A DNA stretch of 64,000 bases from Trichoplax adhaerens (lineage: Eukaryota; Animalia; Placozoa). Positions within the stretch are counted from its first letter, which is position 1; every line of letters begins with the position of its first letter. Of this stretch, positions 11,401 through 24,813 are shown one piece after another. The DNA lies in the NCBI RefSeq assembly GCF_000150275.1, contig NW_002060944.1, positions 6,237,102-6,301,101 on the forward strand. The letters are read 5' to 3'. The notes below the pieces were generated by a model. That model had not been told where the DNA came from, made no database searches, and saw only the letters and a list, made by a program, of their open reading frames with translations. Position numbers and translations under genes: made by a program.

Positions 11401-14400
11401 TTGCCAATATGGATATTAATATTTTATACTTTATACTTACACGAGTATTTCATGTACCGTCTGATTTTTTTGGTAATACCAATATCATTAGCCTCAAAGT
11501 AAATGGCCGTTTGCGTGGTTTTGCGATAAGCTAGTGAAAGAGTTATTTAATGTAGAATGGGAGGTTTGTCATCAGTTTTTCTCGTCATAATTGATAGAAA
11601 GAAAATTTTACAGTACTGTATACTGTCTGTTTCATTTTATACCGAATGTTGTTCACAGTTACTAACAGTCAAAACAACATTGGCTATAACTTAGGTAAGA
11701 CAGGGTGCGGCTATCGGTTTACGTGAAATAATTAAACTTCATGGAATCAGAGCCGGTTATACAAATGAAGCCCCTATAGAAACGGTTAGCAATGAAGTTA
11801 TCAACCGATTGACTCGTTAAAGTCATTTTTAAAGGCCTATAGCCTGATTTATTAATTCCCATATTATTATAGCAAAAACTTCAAAACGCAACTTGGTTGT
11901 CAAAACTAGCACTCAAGCTCGTTTGCGTTCTAGCACTTGATAAATTTGGCGACTTCGCTTCGGATGAGGTAGAGAAATATATATTCTTAGAAATGCTGAG
12001 GTAAACGGCAAGTTCTATATATATATCTATCTTAATCATATAGGTTGTAGCTCCTGTCCGGGAAACCTGTGCTCAAACTCTAGGGGCAGCTATACACCAC
12101 ATGAGTGAAGACAATGCTAAACAAATTTTACATTTGTGCCTATCTATGCAGCAACATTCGAATTGGGAAGCACGACATGGTGGATTACTTGGGATTAAGT
12201 ATTTATTAGCGGTTAAACAGGTATACATATATATACGTTACAAAAAATATATGTTTACTATTAAAATAGTTGAAAATTTCAATATTTAATCAATACCTAC
12301 AATATAATTTCTATTTAGTCCATAGTAAGGGAAGTTCTTCCGTCTATATTACCATCAATTCTTGAAGCATTAAAGGACCATAATGATGATGTAAAAGCCG
12401 TTGCTGCCGACACTTTGGTACCCGTAACGCAACACTTAATTGAAACATTTCCAAACAAGGTAGATTTAATTTATAATTATTGTAGTTCTAGTATAATTAT
12501 TATTTCAGTTATTGATATTTTATCATTAAAATTCTTTCAGATTACATCTATACTTAATATTCTATGGGATAGCGTTAAAAATCTTGATGATCTTACAACA
12601 TCGACTAGCAGTATCATGACACTTTTATCGTCACTATCATTAAGAGCAGTAAAAGCAGGTTGCTTATCCTTACAACCTTTCCATCAATTAGTCCCAAGTC
12701 TTTGGCCGCCAATGTCACATACGGTAGCATCAGTTCGTGAGGCTGCACTTGATACGCTTAGAACCTTATTAGAATCAAATGATATTGATGGTAAGGACGA
12801 AATTATAATAATTCTAATTAATTCGCAGTTGATAGTATTCCATATGTCGTACGGTAAGATTTCGTTATTAATAAATTTCTATTAAATTATCAGGCGAACC
12901 TCCAGCCCAGTGTTCATGGACACCTGATATAATAAATAAGACGCTTCGTTTTCTTTATCAGAGAATTATCCTAGAAAGTAATATTAAAATATTTGATATG
13001 TTACTAGATGTAAGTATTGGTACTGTATATATATATCATATTGCATATTTTGACTTCTACATATTGTTAATGATATGTCTAATTGTAAATTAAAAAAATT
13101 AGGTTTGGCGGTCGTTTCTTATGCATTGCTCTTTATCTGACCTAAACTTTTCGTGTGAAAAATCCCTTAATACTTGGTTGTACTTGCTTATGACAAGACA
13201 GAGGCAAAACATTGAAGGTCATGTTTTACTCCCGACGAAAGAATCTGAACCGACCATAAATTCATTTATTGGAGGTTGCATCTCTGCTGATGATCCAACA
13301 ACAATCGAAAATGCTGATACAAGAGCTCGATTCGGTGCTTCCAGGTAATCATTATAATATTATTTGTTAAATCAGTTCTGCTGTATTGTCGAAATTGTTA
13401 TTATCATTGTTTGATATTATTCTAGTAGCAATTTATAGTTTAGCTTGCATTTTATTAAATCGATTTTTTTAATTTAGGGCACTGGGCTATTTATGCTGTC
13501 ATATTATGAAACTAAATTCTACTTCACTGTCCTATCGTATTTTAAATGAATTCTTAATGAGTGCGTTGAATACCAATTCTGCCGTGAATATTATGTGTAC
13601 TAGTTTAGTCCTTTACGATTGGGCGTCTATTGCACGCAAGGAATACAATAGCGACTTGGTATGTCAGCGTTACTCGCAAATAAATCTAAGATTTATATTA
13701 TAATTCTTTGATCGGTCTAACTAGTGCAACTTTTACAACCATGTAGGAAAAATGTTTCCCAAGAACCCTTACAAATAAATTGGCGTTATTGTTAAATCAA
13801 GAGCCTGGCATCTATGACGAATTATTCACTATGAATGATAGTATGCAGACAGGAACCAAGGTAATTCATATTAGTTCAATTCTGATAGCGTGATTTCAAC
13901 TTATAATGATATTTTAAATAATTTCGGGACGCTTTAGGCTGTAGCTATACATCTCGTTAGAGCTGGCTTTAGAGATAGAATAAAGATACCTGCTGGGTTT
14001 GTTTTTATTGCTGTTACTAAATCTGCGATATGTAATTTTTGTTAGTAATTAGTGATAGTTATTAGCATTAATTTATTATACTCTTATGAATTTATCCATA
14101 GGGAGTTTACCATTGATGAGGCGATACGCCTTTGCAATTTTGCTATTAGTGAGGCTAAAAGCAGTAAGGTAAGTAAATTTTACATTTAAAACAACTAATA
14201 ATTATTTCACAAACGGTGACAATATGTTTTACTTTTCGTATGAAAAATAATTAAACCGTCTCCCTTAGTATAATTGACTGTATCATTGGATCTTTAGGAA
14301 ATTATCAGCAAAGTTAAAGCACTAGTTCCAGTCATAAACGATCTAAAATTAATGATGGATAGATGGCGAACAAAGTAATACGATGACTTTTGTTACATTG

Positions 14401-17400
14401 ATATCATACAAGAAGAGCTTGTCATTAGTTAAAGATATTATTCCCTTTTAGGGTAGAAAGTGTTATTGCTGGTGCTTTGATCGCTTGGGGTCAATTGACG
14501 GAAAAATTCAATCCGATCGTAAGACCTTTAATGGATTCTATAAAGAAAGAAGATAATCAACTTTTTCAAGTACGCACAGTAATTATATTACTTGCTGACA
14601 TCTTCTTTCATTAGAAAAATTCTTTTAGTTTATTCATAAAGTCTTACTTTTACTTTCTATGTCTACTTATCAAAAATAGATGAAGGCAGCAAATAGTATA
14701 TCCTTATTGCTTGAAAAATGCATTAACCGATTACCATGTCCGAACCCCAAAATATTCAAAAATCTCTGTAGTCTTTTGTGTACGGATCCGAGTAAAACTC
14801 CAGATGTTTCAAATTTTTGGATTCTTCAAAATTTACTAGCATCACCTGTAACCGGCAAGCCGAGTACTCCAATCTCTCCTGGTACCGCTAGTCCCTTTGA
14901 TGTTTCATTTACATGTAACAAGGAAGCAGGAATTATAACATTATTTAATCAACATAAGGTACTATATTTATTCTTCCATAAATTTTGATCGGTAGCAAAG
15001 TACATATACACTTGAATTTATTACAGGATGCTGTACTAACTGCTGGTACAGGAAGAAAGTCATCCAAGATCTGTAATGTATCTTCTCCTGCGATTGATTT
15101 ACCAATGTTGAATTTCGCTGATAAAGATGTAATAACTGAGTTGTTCAAGTAACAATAAATTATTTACGATATATTTGCGTATAACATGATTGTATTCACT
15201 TTAAATTCAATTATAGTCTAATCAAGTTCAGATTCAAAGAATAGGAGCGGAGCGAGCAGTGACAACTATCGCGCGGTACTTTGGTAGATCGCTATTTGAG
15301 AAATTGCCGTTCTGTTCAAATCATTTAATGGTTCCTTTAATGTCTCCAAAAGATGCTTTACACGAACTTGGTAAGCTGAACTTTATAGATTAACGCACTA
15401 TTATTGCTGAAGCTAATATAACTGAAACATAATTGCAACCGCACGTTAGATTTTACCAAATATAAAGAGGATGCTGCATCTCAAAAAATTGTAATAGCAC
15501 TTCAGATACTAGAAGTGCTGGCACCATCGATTGATGCTTCTTTACATGAAAAGGTAAAATTGGCTTTCGTTCCTTCATTAGTCCAAATCTTTTTTCGAAA
15601 TTAATCAACATGTATAATTTTAAATCAATGTCAAGGTCTTGAGGTCGCAGTATCAACAAATCTTGCACTGTGCGATTTTTCCCTATACAGCTGTGCGACA
15701 TTTAGCAGCTCGCTGCTTAGCTGTTTTGGCAACGCTGGATTTGGTTGGAGTCATGGATATGATAATTAAAAAAATCATACCAGCGCTTGGTGATACTGAA
15801 CGTGATGCTTTTAGGGAAGGGTCTATAGAAGTTATAGCTAGTATCCACGCTTTCATAATAGATTATTGAGTGCTTATATAATTGCCACTTATGGCATAAC
15901 TAAGAAGTAGAAAAGCTTTTAAAAATAAAAATTAACGTTTGTCGACAATCGTCCCTTAACTATTAATCACCAGACGTAATTGATAAACTGAGTATTGGAG
16001 TGGTGCCTTATATTGTTTTATTGGTCATCCCCGTCCTTAGCCGAATGAGTGATCGGTGTGAATCAGTAAGACAGATGGCATCACATTCGTTCGCTACATT
16101 GATTAAATTGATGCCTTTGGAGGTGTGTATGTCTGAGATATCAAATCAACCTAATAGTATGAGATTCATTATAACTTATCTTTGTAATAATAACTTCTAG
16201 GCTGGTACACAGGACCCTGTCGGTATGGATGAAGCAACGATTAAGCAAAAGAAAAACGATCGGATCTTCCTTGAACAGTTACAAGATACTAGCAAACTGA
16301 ATAGTTATTCTATTCCTTTTCAAGTTAAAGCAGATCTTCGCAAATACCAAAAGGCGGGTTGATTTTATAGATATCAAGCATCATATATCATCTGTCAGGG
16401 TATACATTTATTGATATTAACTTGTAATATTAATATTCTTTATTGCATTAATAGGACGGTATAAATTGGCTTGCTTTTTTAAACAAATACAATCTACACG
16501 GCATCCTGTGTGACGGTGAATTTTTGGTGCATTAAACCTATTTATTTCGAATTTTTAGCTAGAGGAAAGTAACTTTTCATTCTATCTCATTTAGATATGG
16601 GGCTTGGAAAGACCTTACAGGCTTTATGCATGATCGTTAGTGATCATTTGACAACTGACGCCAAGTACAAGGTAAATTGAATTCTAAAATTTTATCGATA
16701 TCTGGCTTCATGTGGCCAAATTAAAATTATGTAACCATCCGTTTTTGTTAATAAACTATGATTGTTATCTATATACGTATGTACTATAGCTGGATAAAAA
16801 AACAGAATGTAGGCCACTACCATCATTGGTTATATGTCCACCAACGGTAGTATATCATTGGTGTGATGAGGTTGTGAAATTCTGCGGCTCAAATCTTATG
16901 TCCCCTCTACCATTCATCGGTACACCGCAAGAACGTGAAAGGTAAATGGAAGGAAATGAATACGATGTCAGAATCCATATTAAAGATACAAAATATTCTA
17001 TTTTTTTTGCAGCTTGAAGAAGAAGGTCACTTCGAAAACTTTGGTTGTTTCATCTTACGATATTGTAAGAAACGAGTCAAACTTTTTTACGTAAGTAATG
17101 ATAGTGTACATTTTATTCGGCGTATAGATATGATAGAAAAGTAAATATAGCCTTTGTACATTTCTGTTATAAGCATCCTGTCTTGTTTGCAGGTCTAGGA
17201 ATTGGAATTATTGTGCTTTAGACGAGGGTCATATTATAAAAAATGGTAAAACCAAGGTATTAAATGAAATTAATTTAGATATTCTTATTTGTTAAATTAA
17301 AATAAATGTAACTGACAGAGTGTAATAGTTTTGAGATTCAATTTTACAGTTGTCAAGATGTATAAAACAGGTGCATGCCAAGCATCGATTAATTTTGACA

Positions 17401-19523
17401 GGAACACCGATACAGGTCATTAATAGTATTTCTTAAGATGACTGAATAAGGAGTCAATGGTTTTTATGTAACGGTTATTAAGTCCTTGTAATTTTGCACT
17501 GTAATATTATAATTTTGTATTTATTACAGAATAATGTTCTGGAATTATGGTCGCTATTCGATTATCTTATGCCCGGCTATCTTGGAACAGAAAAACAATT
17601 TAATGTTAAATATAGTAAACCGATCTTATCGAGTAGAGATGCAAAAGCTAATTCAAAAGAGCAAGAAGCAGGTGCGTAGCAGTTTTTCCTTATTCCTGGC
17701 TATTTTTTCACTTACGATTTGGTAATGAATTCTTATTCACTTTTATAGGTGTTTTAGCTCTTGAATCTTTGCACAAACAAGTTTTACCATTCATTCTAAG
17801 GCGTATGAAGGAAGATGTTTTACAGGATTTACCTCCTAAAATTATACAAGATTACTACTGTGAAATGACTTCGTTACAGGTTACTATTTTGTCTTCATAA
17901 GATTGTCCGACTTAGGGCTTTTAGCGCTTCATGTCATGCTTTAGGTTAAAAGTAACTGTTCTATTTAAATGGTTGACTTCAAGTATGATAGATTCCTTAG
18001 AATGCTTGCCTAAATCTTCAATCTAAATTTTGCATCATTCTTTAGATGGAATTGTATGCTAACTTTACTAAATCGAGAGCAACAGATGAATTAGATCTTG
18101 ACCTGTCGTCACTGGAAGAGAGTAAAAAAGAACCCTCAAAGATGCATGCCTTTCAGGTAATATTTTAGCAATATAATTATAATTCCATGACTATACTCAA
18201 TCTGGAATCTATTTTTATAGGCTTTACAGTATCTTAGACTAATTTGTAACCATCCAGTACTCGTTCTTAACGAGAAGCATCCTCAGTATTATGAAATAAC
18301 ATCAAGGCTTAGTAGAGAAAATCTAGAGCTCTCAAGTATTCAGCACTCTGCGAAGCTGATGGCCTTGAAGTATGTGTTAAATATTCTTCCGTAAATTTGC
18401 AACTGTAAGCATTAAACAATCAATGTGGTACCTCTGTGATTTTCAACAGGCAACTTTTATTGGAATGCGGCATTGGCATACCAACTACTAATGTCGCTTC
18501 TGTGTCAGTGATGCCTGTCGTGGCTCAACATCGTGCACTCGTTTTCTTTCAAAGCAAGGCTATGATGAAATTAGTTGAAGAAAAATTATTTAAGTTAGTA
18601 CCATTGCTACGACTGCAGCTTGAATATTGCGCTTGTATAAATGATTATCTCAATTTTTAAGGGATAAAGATTCGACTGTTGCCTATGTCAAACTTAGTGG
18701 AGATGTCAGTATTAAAGAACGGGCAGAAATTGTATCACGGTACGTGACAAATTCATATAAATTATTATAACGTAGTCTTTATTTCGTTAGCTGTTAACTT
18801 CAACAGGACAATCTACTGATAAAAATTTAAACTTTTGGGTTGTCTACTACGACAGATTTAATAAAGACCCCTCTATAGATGTTATGTTATTAACAACGAA
18901 AGTGGGTGGAGTGGGACTAAATCTCACTGGGGCTGATACTGTAATATTTGTTGAACATGATTGGAATCCAATGGCTGATGCTCAGGTCAGTAACTATGTA
19001 ATCTATCTCAAAATTTAGTTTCCCTAGGTATAAAAATAGACGATACAATACATACGCATCCCCTTACGAATCGCATTCTATAGGCAATGGATCGTGCTCA
19101 TCGTATTGGCCAGAAAAAAGTTGTTAATGTTTATCGGTTAATAACTAGGAACACATTAGAAGAAAAGATCCTAGGGTAAATAATTTAACAGAATGGAAAA
19201 TAATTAAATACTATATGAGTCTAATGGCCGTTTTCACCATTCGTAGATTACAAAATTTTAAGAGTAAAATAGCTAACACAGTTATTTCACAAGAAAATGC
19301 CAGCTTGATGTCTATGGGAACGAATCAAATTGTAGACTTATTTAAATATAGTACTGAAGAAAATTCGATAGAAAGTAAATCAAAGCAAGGTGGTGAGAGC
19401 AAAAAGAAGGAAAATGTTAAAGCTATTTTGAATAATCTAAGCGATTTATGGGACGAAGAAGAATATAAGAAGGAATTTAATTTATTTAAATATATTAAGA
19501 ATTTTGAGGATAAGGAGGCTTAG
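8431..19523 (+). CDS. BTAF1: TATA-binding protein-associated factor 172 / Mot1 (HEAT repeats + SNF2-family ATPase), multi-exon
   Basis: 11-nt first coding exon ATGGATACTAG (8431-8441) spliced to 8762 gives [16 protein letters not shown], the BTAF1 N-terminus. Later exons encode [78 protein letters not shown] (Walker A), LDEGHIIKN (DEGH box), [30 protein letters not shown]. Stop TAG 19521-19523. Confidence 0.96.
15841..15973 (+). other. U12-type (minor spliceosome) GT-AG intron candidate in BTAF1
   Basis: 5' GTATCCAC; branch-like CCCTTAAC 15953-15960, 13 nt before the CAG end; no polypyrimidine tract; splicing restores [18 protein letters not shown]. Confidence 0.65.
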
Positions 19524-21329
19524 AACCTCACATCATAATAAGTACATCCTGACAATCTTTGTATTAATTGATATTACTGTATATAACGAGGTTAAGAAAT
19601 GTATGGTAATCTACTACAGTTAACAATTTACTGTCCAGTTTATGGTGACTGATAAATTCAATAAAGTAACATCCGTTCTTATAGTTGAAGGCTGATGTCG
19701 TGATTTACAGGAGTAAATGCATCCAATCTTATTGTTGTTTTAAGTTGTGAATCTTTAGAAATCTATTCTTTGTTAAAATTTGAGCGTTCACTCTCATTCG
19801 TAATACACAGTAATTGTTGTAAACGCTGATTATTAATTAATTGAGGGACATAATCTTTTGCTCATCATGTTGTTATATTCCGTCCAGTATTAGTCTCAAA
19901 GTGTTATCTTCAACATTAATACATCATGGTACTACAGAGAGTGAAATATTCGGTTAGGTTAGCGAAGTCTGGATAAAAAGGAAAACTACGGGTTATTCAG
20001 TAGCCATTAGATGCCCACAATTATTTTCTGTGAGGTAGTCTATTAACATCATAAACTGATGGTTTAAAATAATTTGGTGATGTTTTCTCGGATATATCAT
20101 AATTCTACTTTATTAAAAGAAATTCAACTTCTAGATTAAGTAGTTTTGATATTAGATACAATTGATTAAAAAAGGTAATATTTTATGTCAGAAAATATCT
20201 AAACCACTATGTTCCGTACTGCCTAATTTGTATGATTAGAACGATGTGGAGTATGACGTATAAAGATGTATGTAAGTATATAATATTAGCCGCTCTGAAA
20301 ACAAAATATAAGTTCAATAGTTCGACCTTTATACTCTCATAATACCTCAAAATAGCTGATAGGAAAAGTGTCATACTATCTGTTTACAAGTAAATATTAG
20401 CTGAAAAACGATTTCAATTTTAAAGACAGTAGCACATTAATAGCACCAAATTTATATAAAATGTAACTAAATGCTTGACTATTGATATTAATATTGCCTA
20501 CAGCAGACGGAAATGCCTTCCCTACATTCTTCACGATTCCAGTAATTACATTAGGCTAAGGTGATATCACTATTTTTTGTATCATTGATACAATTGATCG
20601 GTATAAGGTTTAATAATGACTATGTTTTCGATTAATTGTAATAGTACCATAATTTATGTGGTAATTAATAATATTTTCTGTAGAATAATGCAATAAAATA
20701 TGAGTAGACATACTAAGTTCTGTTTGCTACAATTAACGAATATATTTATAAATTTGAATCTAAATTTAGTTTGCAAGCAATTATTTTTTTCCTGTAATGT
20801 CTTTAAAGTGCACAATATTAGTTATCAAACTGACATTCTGTAAAGAAGTCTCACATCATCAAAACAAAATTTTTTCTTAGCAAACATGATTAATGAGCTA
20901 TTTTATCCATTACAATTAATTATTGATTTATAGTACAGCACTTTAAAAATGACTGTCTGCAAGTTTTGTTACCTAATGGCATAACATGGGAGTACGATTT
21001 AATTAAATTTCTTTACTTTTTAACACTGGCCATAATTTCACTTTTCCTTCAAAATTTTTCTTATCATACAGTTATTCTAAGAGGTTAAACTCCGTTATCA
21101 ATATGCTGTGGTATTTACTCCACTACGAATGTGTACATAAAAACACTACCCTTTTATCTAATAGATTAGTATTACGTATATTCAAAGGTTGATAATTTAA
21201 TATAAGAGGATGAATAGTTAAATTAAGCGATACAACAATCCACTGCTAATTTAATTTAATTACCTAACAAGATTTATTAATTTTGTATTCAAGGACGTAA
21301 TACAACCTTTTATTGTTAGTTAACGGCTT

Positions 21330-21556
21330 GCTTTAAAATAAGTAAAATGTATGATACTATCCGTCAAAGTATGATATATCCATTTCCTTAGGTGAAATAT
21401 AGATAGCATCGGATATCATTCAGTCTCATAACTTCAGTTAGCTTTAAAATAAATAAAATGTATGATGTTATTATACCTTAAAGTATGATATATCTGTTTC
21501 ATACAAATTATAAATAGGATAGAATATCAATTTAGTCGCATAGCTACAATTAGCTT
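21330..21556. repeat. Diverged tandem duplication, period about 111 bp
   Basis: GCTTTAAAATAA.TAAAATGTATGAT at 21330 and 21441; AAAGTATGATATATC twice. Confidence 0.8.
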
Positions 21557-23419
21557 ACTACGCGCAATGTAAAGGATAATATGAATCAATTTATATTATG
21601 TAGATGTAAACCGTTCAACAGCATGCTTGCCATTGTGATCTTCAATGCTATAGTTAGTGATGTGAATGCCAGCAAAGATTAAATTTAAAACTTTATTAAT
21701 TATAACTTATTCTATTTATGATCCAATTATACTATAGCTGAACCTGAGTCCATTATCTAAATCAAGGAAGTAGCAAAGTTGGTATGGTGACAATATATTG
21801 CACACCTAAAGATAGCAACGTTGTAGCTAGTATGTCTTAATTGCGCGTAGTAATGTAGTATTCATATACTGAAATATAAGTACGCGAAGGTATCATGAGG
21901 TAGGTGTTTGACTATTAATATCATAGGAAGCTACATATGAGCATGTACGCTAAATTTATTTTAATTTTGCCTTTCGAACGGACTATTTATCATTTTTTAT
22001 AGTTAAAACTACCATTCAATTTACTGCTGATATTACAATGTTAAACAAATCCTTATTAATATTTCATATTTGATTATGAAAATAGATGCTTCAGTTTAAA
22101 TGGTTAGGTAAATATTGAATAAGTAACCAACTGACTTCTACTGTATTTTATGCAGCACCACTTTAACAAATTTCATTCACAGCTGCTTGTATACTTTACA
22201 ATGTATTATGCATTTCTTCAGCGAATAGAATGAGGAAATAACCTATTGAAAGCAATATTTGTCACGATGACAATTTTGTATTTAGATTGGTCGATCATCG
22301 ATTTTTGTTATACCAGTATGTTTAATCCGATTAAATGTAATCATGAAGTGAAGAAAAAAGAAATAAATAAATTTGACGCAATGCCTTATGAATCAAGGAT
22401 GGGATCAATAGTATGAACATTGCTAACTGTTTAATTAGCTAGCAATATTCCTCTTCAATACCATGATATTTATGATCGCTATTAATCTATATCTCTATAT
22501 CTCTATATTCGTATTGTAGCTATATCATTAACACCCTACAATTGAATGGATCACATTTTATTGCTAATTAATCAATACTAAGGGTAATTCTATAGCTATC
22601 CCATGGAATGGTTGCCTCGAGCAATGATTGCACAATCTAATTAAAGTTCAGTTAATTTTGTTTCTGAACTACACCGATATAGTATACTCGTATAAGCGAC
22701 CGGAAATATATCCAATCAGCTATTTTACAAAATGACTCCAATTTGGCTCATTTCTATTCTCGTAATGGTAAAGCACTGCTCATTTCTATTAGGTTATGGC
22801 CCGTAAATTTATGAAATGGACGTGGAGTTTAGAATATGAAACTAAAATCGCTATACCGATTTGCTTTGCCATGACCATGAAACAATGTTGATGGTAGTAT
22901 CTAGGCAACGGGTATTGCAGCTCAGCCCACGTTGGTTTTCAGTTGGCCTTCCTAGTGAATTGTAGGAAAACTATTGATTGCTTCGTATGAACAATACTCC
23001 AGTACTATACCGTTGATAGTGTTAGAGTATCCACTGTTGTAGACGTCAACTATGTAGTACTTCTCTTGCATAGCAACGCCATGCAAGAGAAGTGTATAAT
23101 GCGCCTGCTACTGGATATTTCAGCCGTGATTTGTGGTTTTGTATAGTAGTATAAGATAGACACAGTTATTAGTGCGTAGAATAATATTACTGGATTTATT
23201 GTTGAGTAATAGAAACGCTTTACCTATTCGTACGCTATGGGCTACTAACAAATATACAGATTAACGTATGATGTAGTAGTCCATGCCTATGCTTAGCCGT
23301 TGTATCGCCGCGGCAGGTATAGTCATGATGAAGAGGATTCATCACTAAATGTGTATTGAAAGTTGCTAGCAAAAGCGATGTCACTCTTACCACATATCGT
23401 CGCCAAGGATTTGTATGTA

Positions 23420-23985
23420 TAGTACTGTACCAGTAGTCCTTGCCGTCACTGTGGCTGGACTTGGACGTTTACAGTGCAATATATCGTCTGCAGTATAATA
23501 TATATATAACATTAGCAGAGATCTCTGAGACAAGTATTTGTCTCAGAAGTCCATAGACATTATCATAAAGGGAAAAGGAAGACATTAATGATATTCATGT
23601 ACTATACTGTATACACGAGTTAGTCATTGCCAACACTCGGAACAATACAGTACAAGTAGAGACTGTAGTACTGTACACTGTACACTGTACAGTATGATGG
23701 TTAATACTGTACTGTACTACGGTATACCACTCTCTCTTTGTAGGCCATAGGCCGGTACTGAGCTGATGCCGTCCTTCCTGACTCGTGACGTCTACGGTAC
23801 ACTACATGACGGTGGCGATCGTAACCATGGACATTCACATGACAGTCGTCGATGGTTGTGAGCAAACATCGCCCACGCTGACTAGCACGTCTTTTAACAT
23901 ACCGTCGCGGGTCTTTACTCAGCCGCAGTCGTACTCTCTACCCACCCAAAGCACTGCCTTAGTGCAATACTGTATCATTGTATAA
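23420..23985. repeat. (CAGTA)/(CTGTA) pentamer patches upstream of the PDE10-like gene
   Basis: For example 23646-23725: tacagtac..gtagtactgtacactgtacactgtacagta..tactgtactgtactacggta. Confidence 0.75.
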
Positions 23986-24813
23986 ACGTAATGTTATTGA
24001 AGTTAGCGATGGTCAATAAGACCAAGTGTCAAGTGTGACAGTCCATTTCATATCGATCGCATCCCCACGGTCACAACTATGCATTGACGCTAGGAGCGGT
24101 TGTCGCAACATAGCGGTGTCACTCTAGTCAGAGGTTGAAAAGGGAAAGTAGAAAAAAAAATTGCGCCAGCAACCTTCTCCTACACACACAGCAAGAGAAA
24201 AAGGCTCTGCCGAAAATTAATGACGAAAATAAATAATAAAGAATACAGTTGGAGCAAGAGAGAAGATCTAGGGCACAGAAAGAGAAAGAATAGAAAAAGT
24301 AACTGTGACTTCATTCCAACTTTATTCGGTACGTTATGCCTTTTTTTTAGGGGGGCAAATTATTCTAGTACTGTCCATTGGATCATATCCATTGATTGTT
24401 TAACTGTATTGTGTCGATTCTACCCTGTTGGACCTTACACTGTAACTGCAGTCAGTATTAAGTAGAAATCAACTACTGTAACTTTAATGACAGGGTCAAA
24501 GTATGTCAAAAAATCGACCATTTTAATGGATGAAGAAGAGAATTAAAACACACTTTTTTTGGGGGGGGGGGGAAAAAAACTGTTCTACCTACTGTTATAA
24601 ATATGGATTACTATTTACAGTGTAATAAATTATTCCATGTCAGTGAGTAGTAAAGGAGTCAATTTGATGTTGTTGATTTTTATTGACGTCAAAAGACTTG
24701 TCACCTATTGATATCTTCTGACTTCGAAATTGCCATTGCATTTTATTAGTCTGTAGTGTGTGTGAAATATCCCCTTTGAAAATTGGCTTCAATTTTCCTC
24801 ATTCAAAGGGAAG

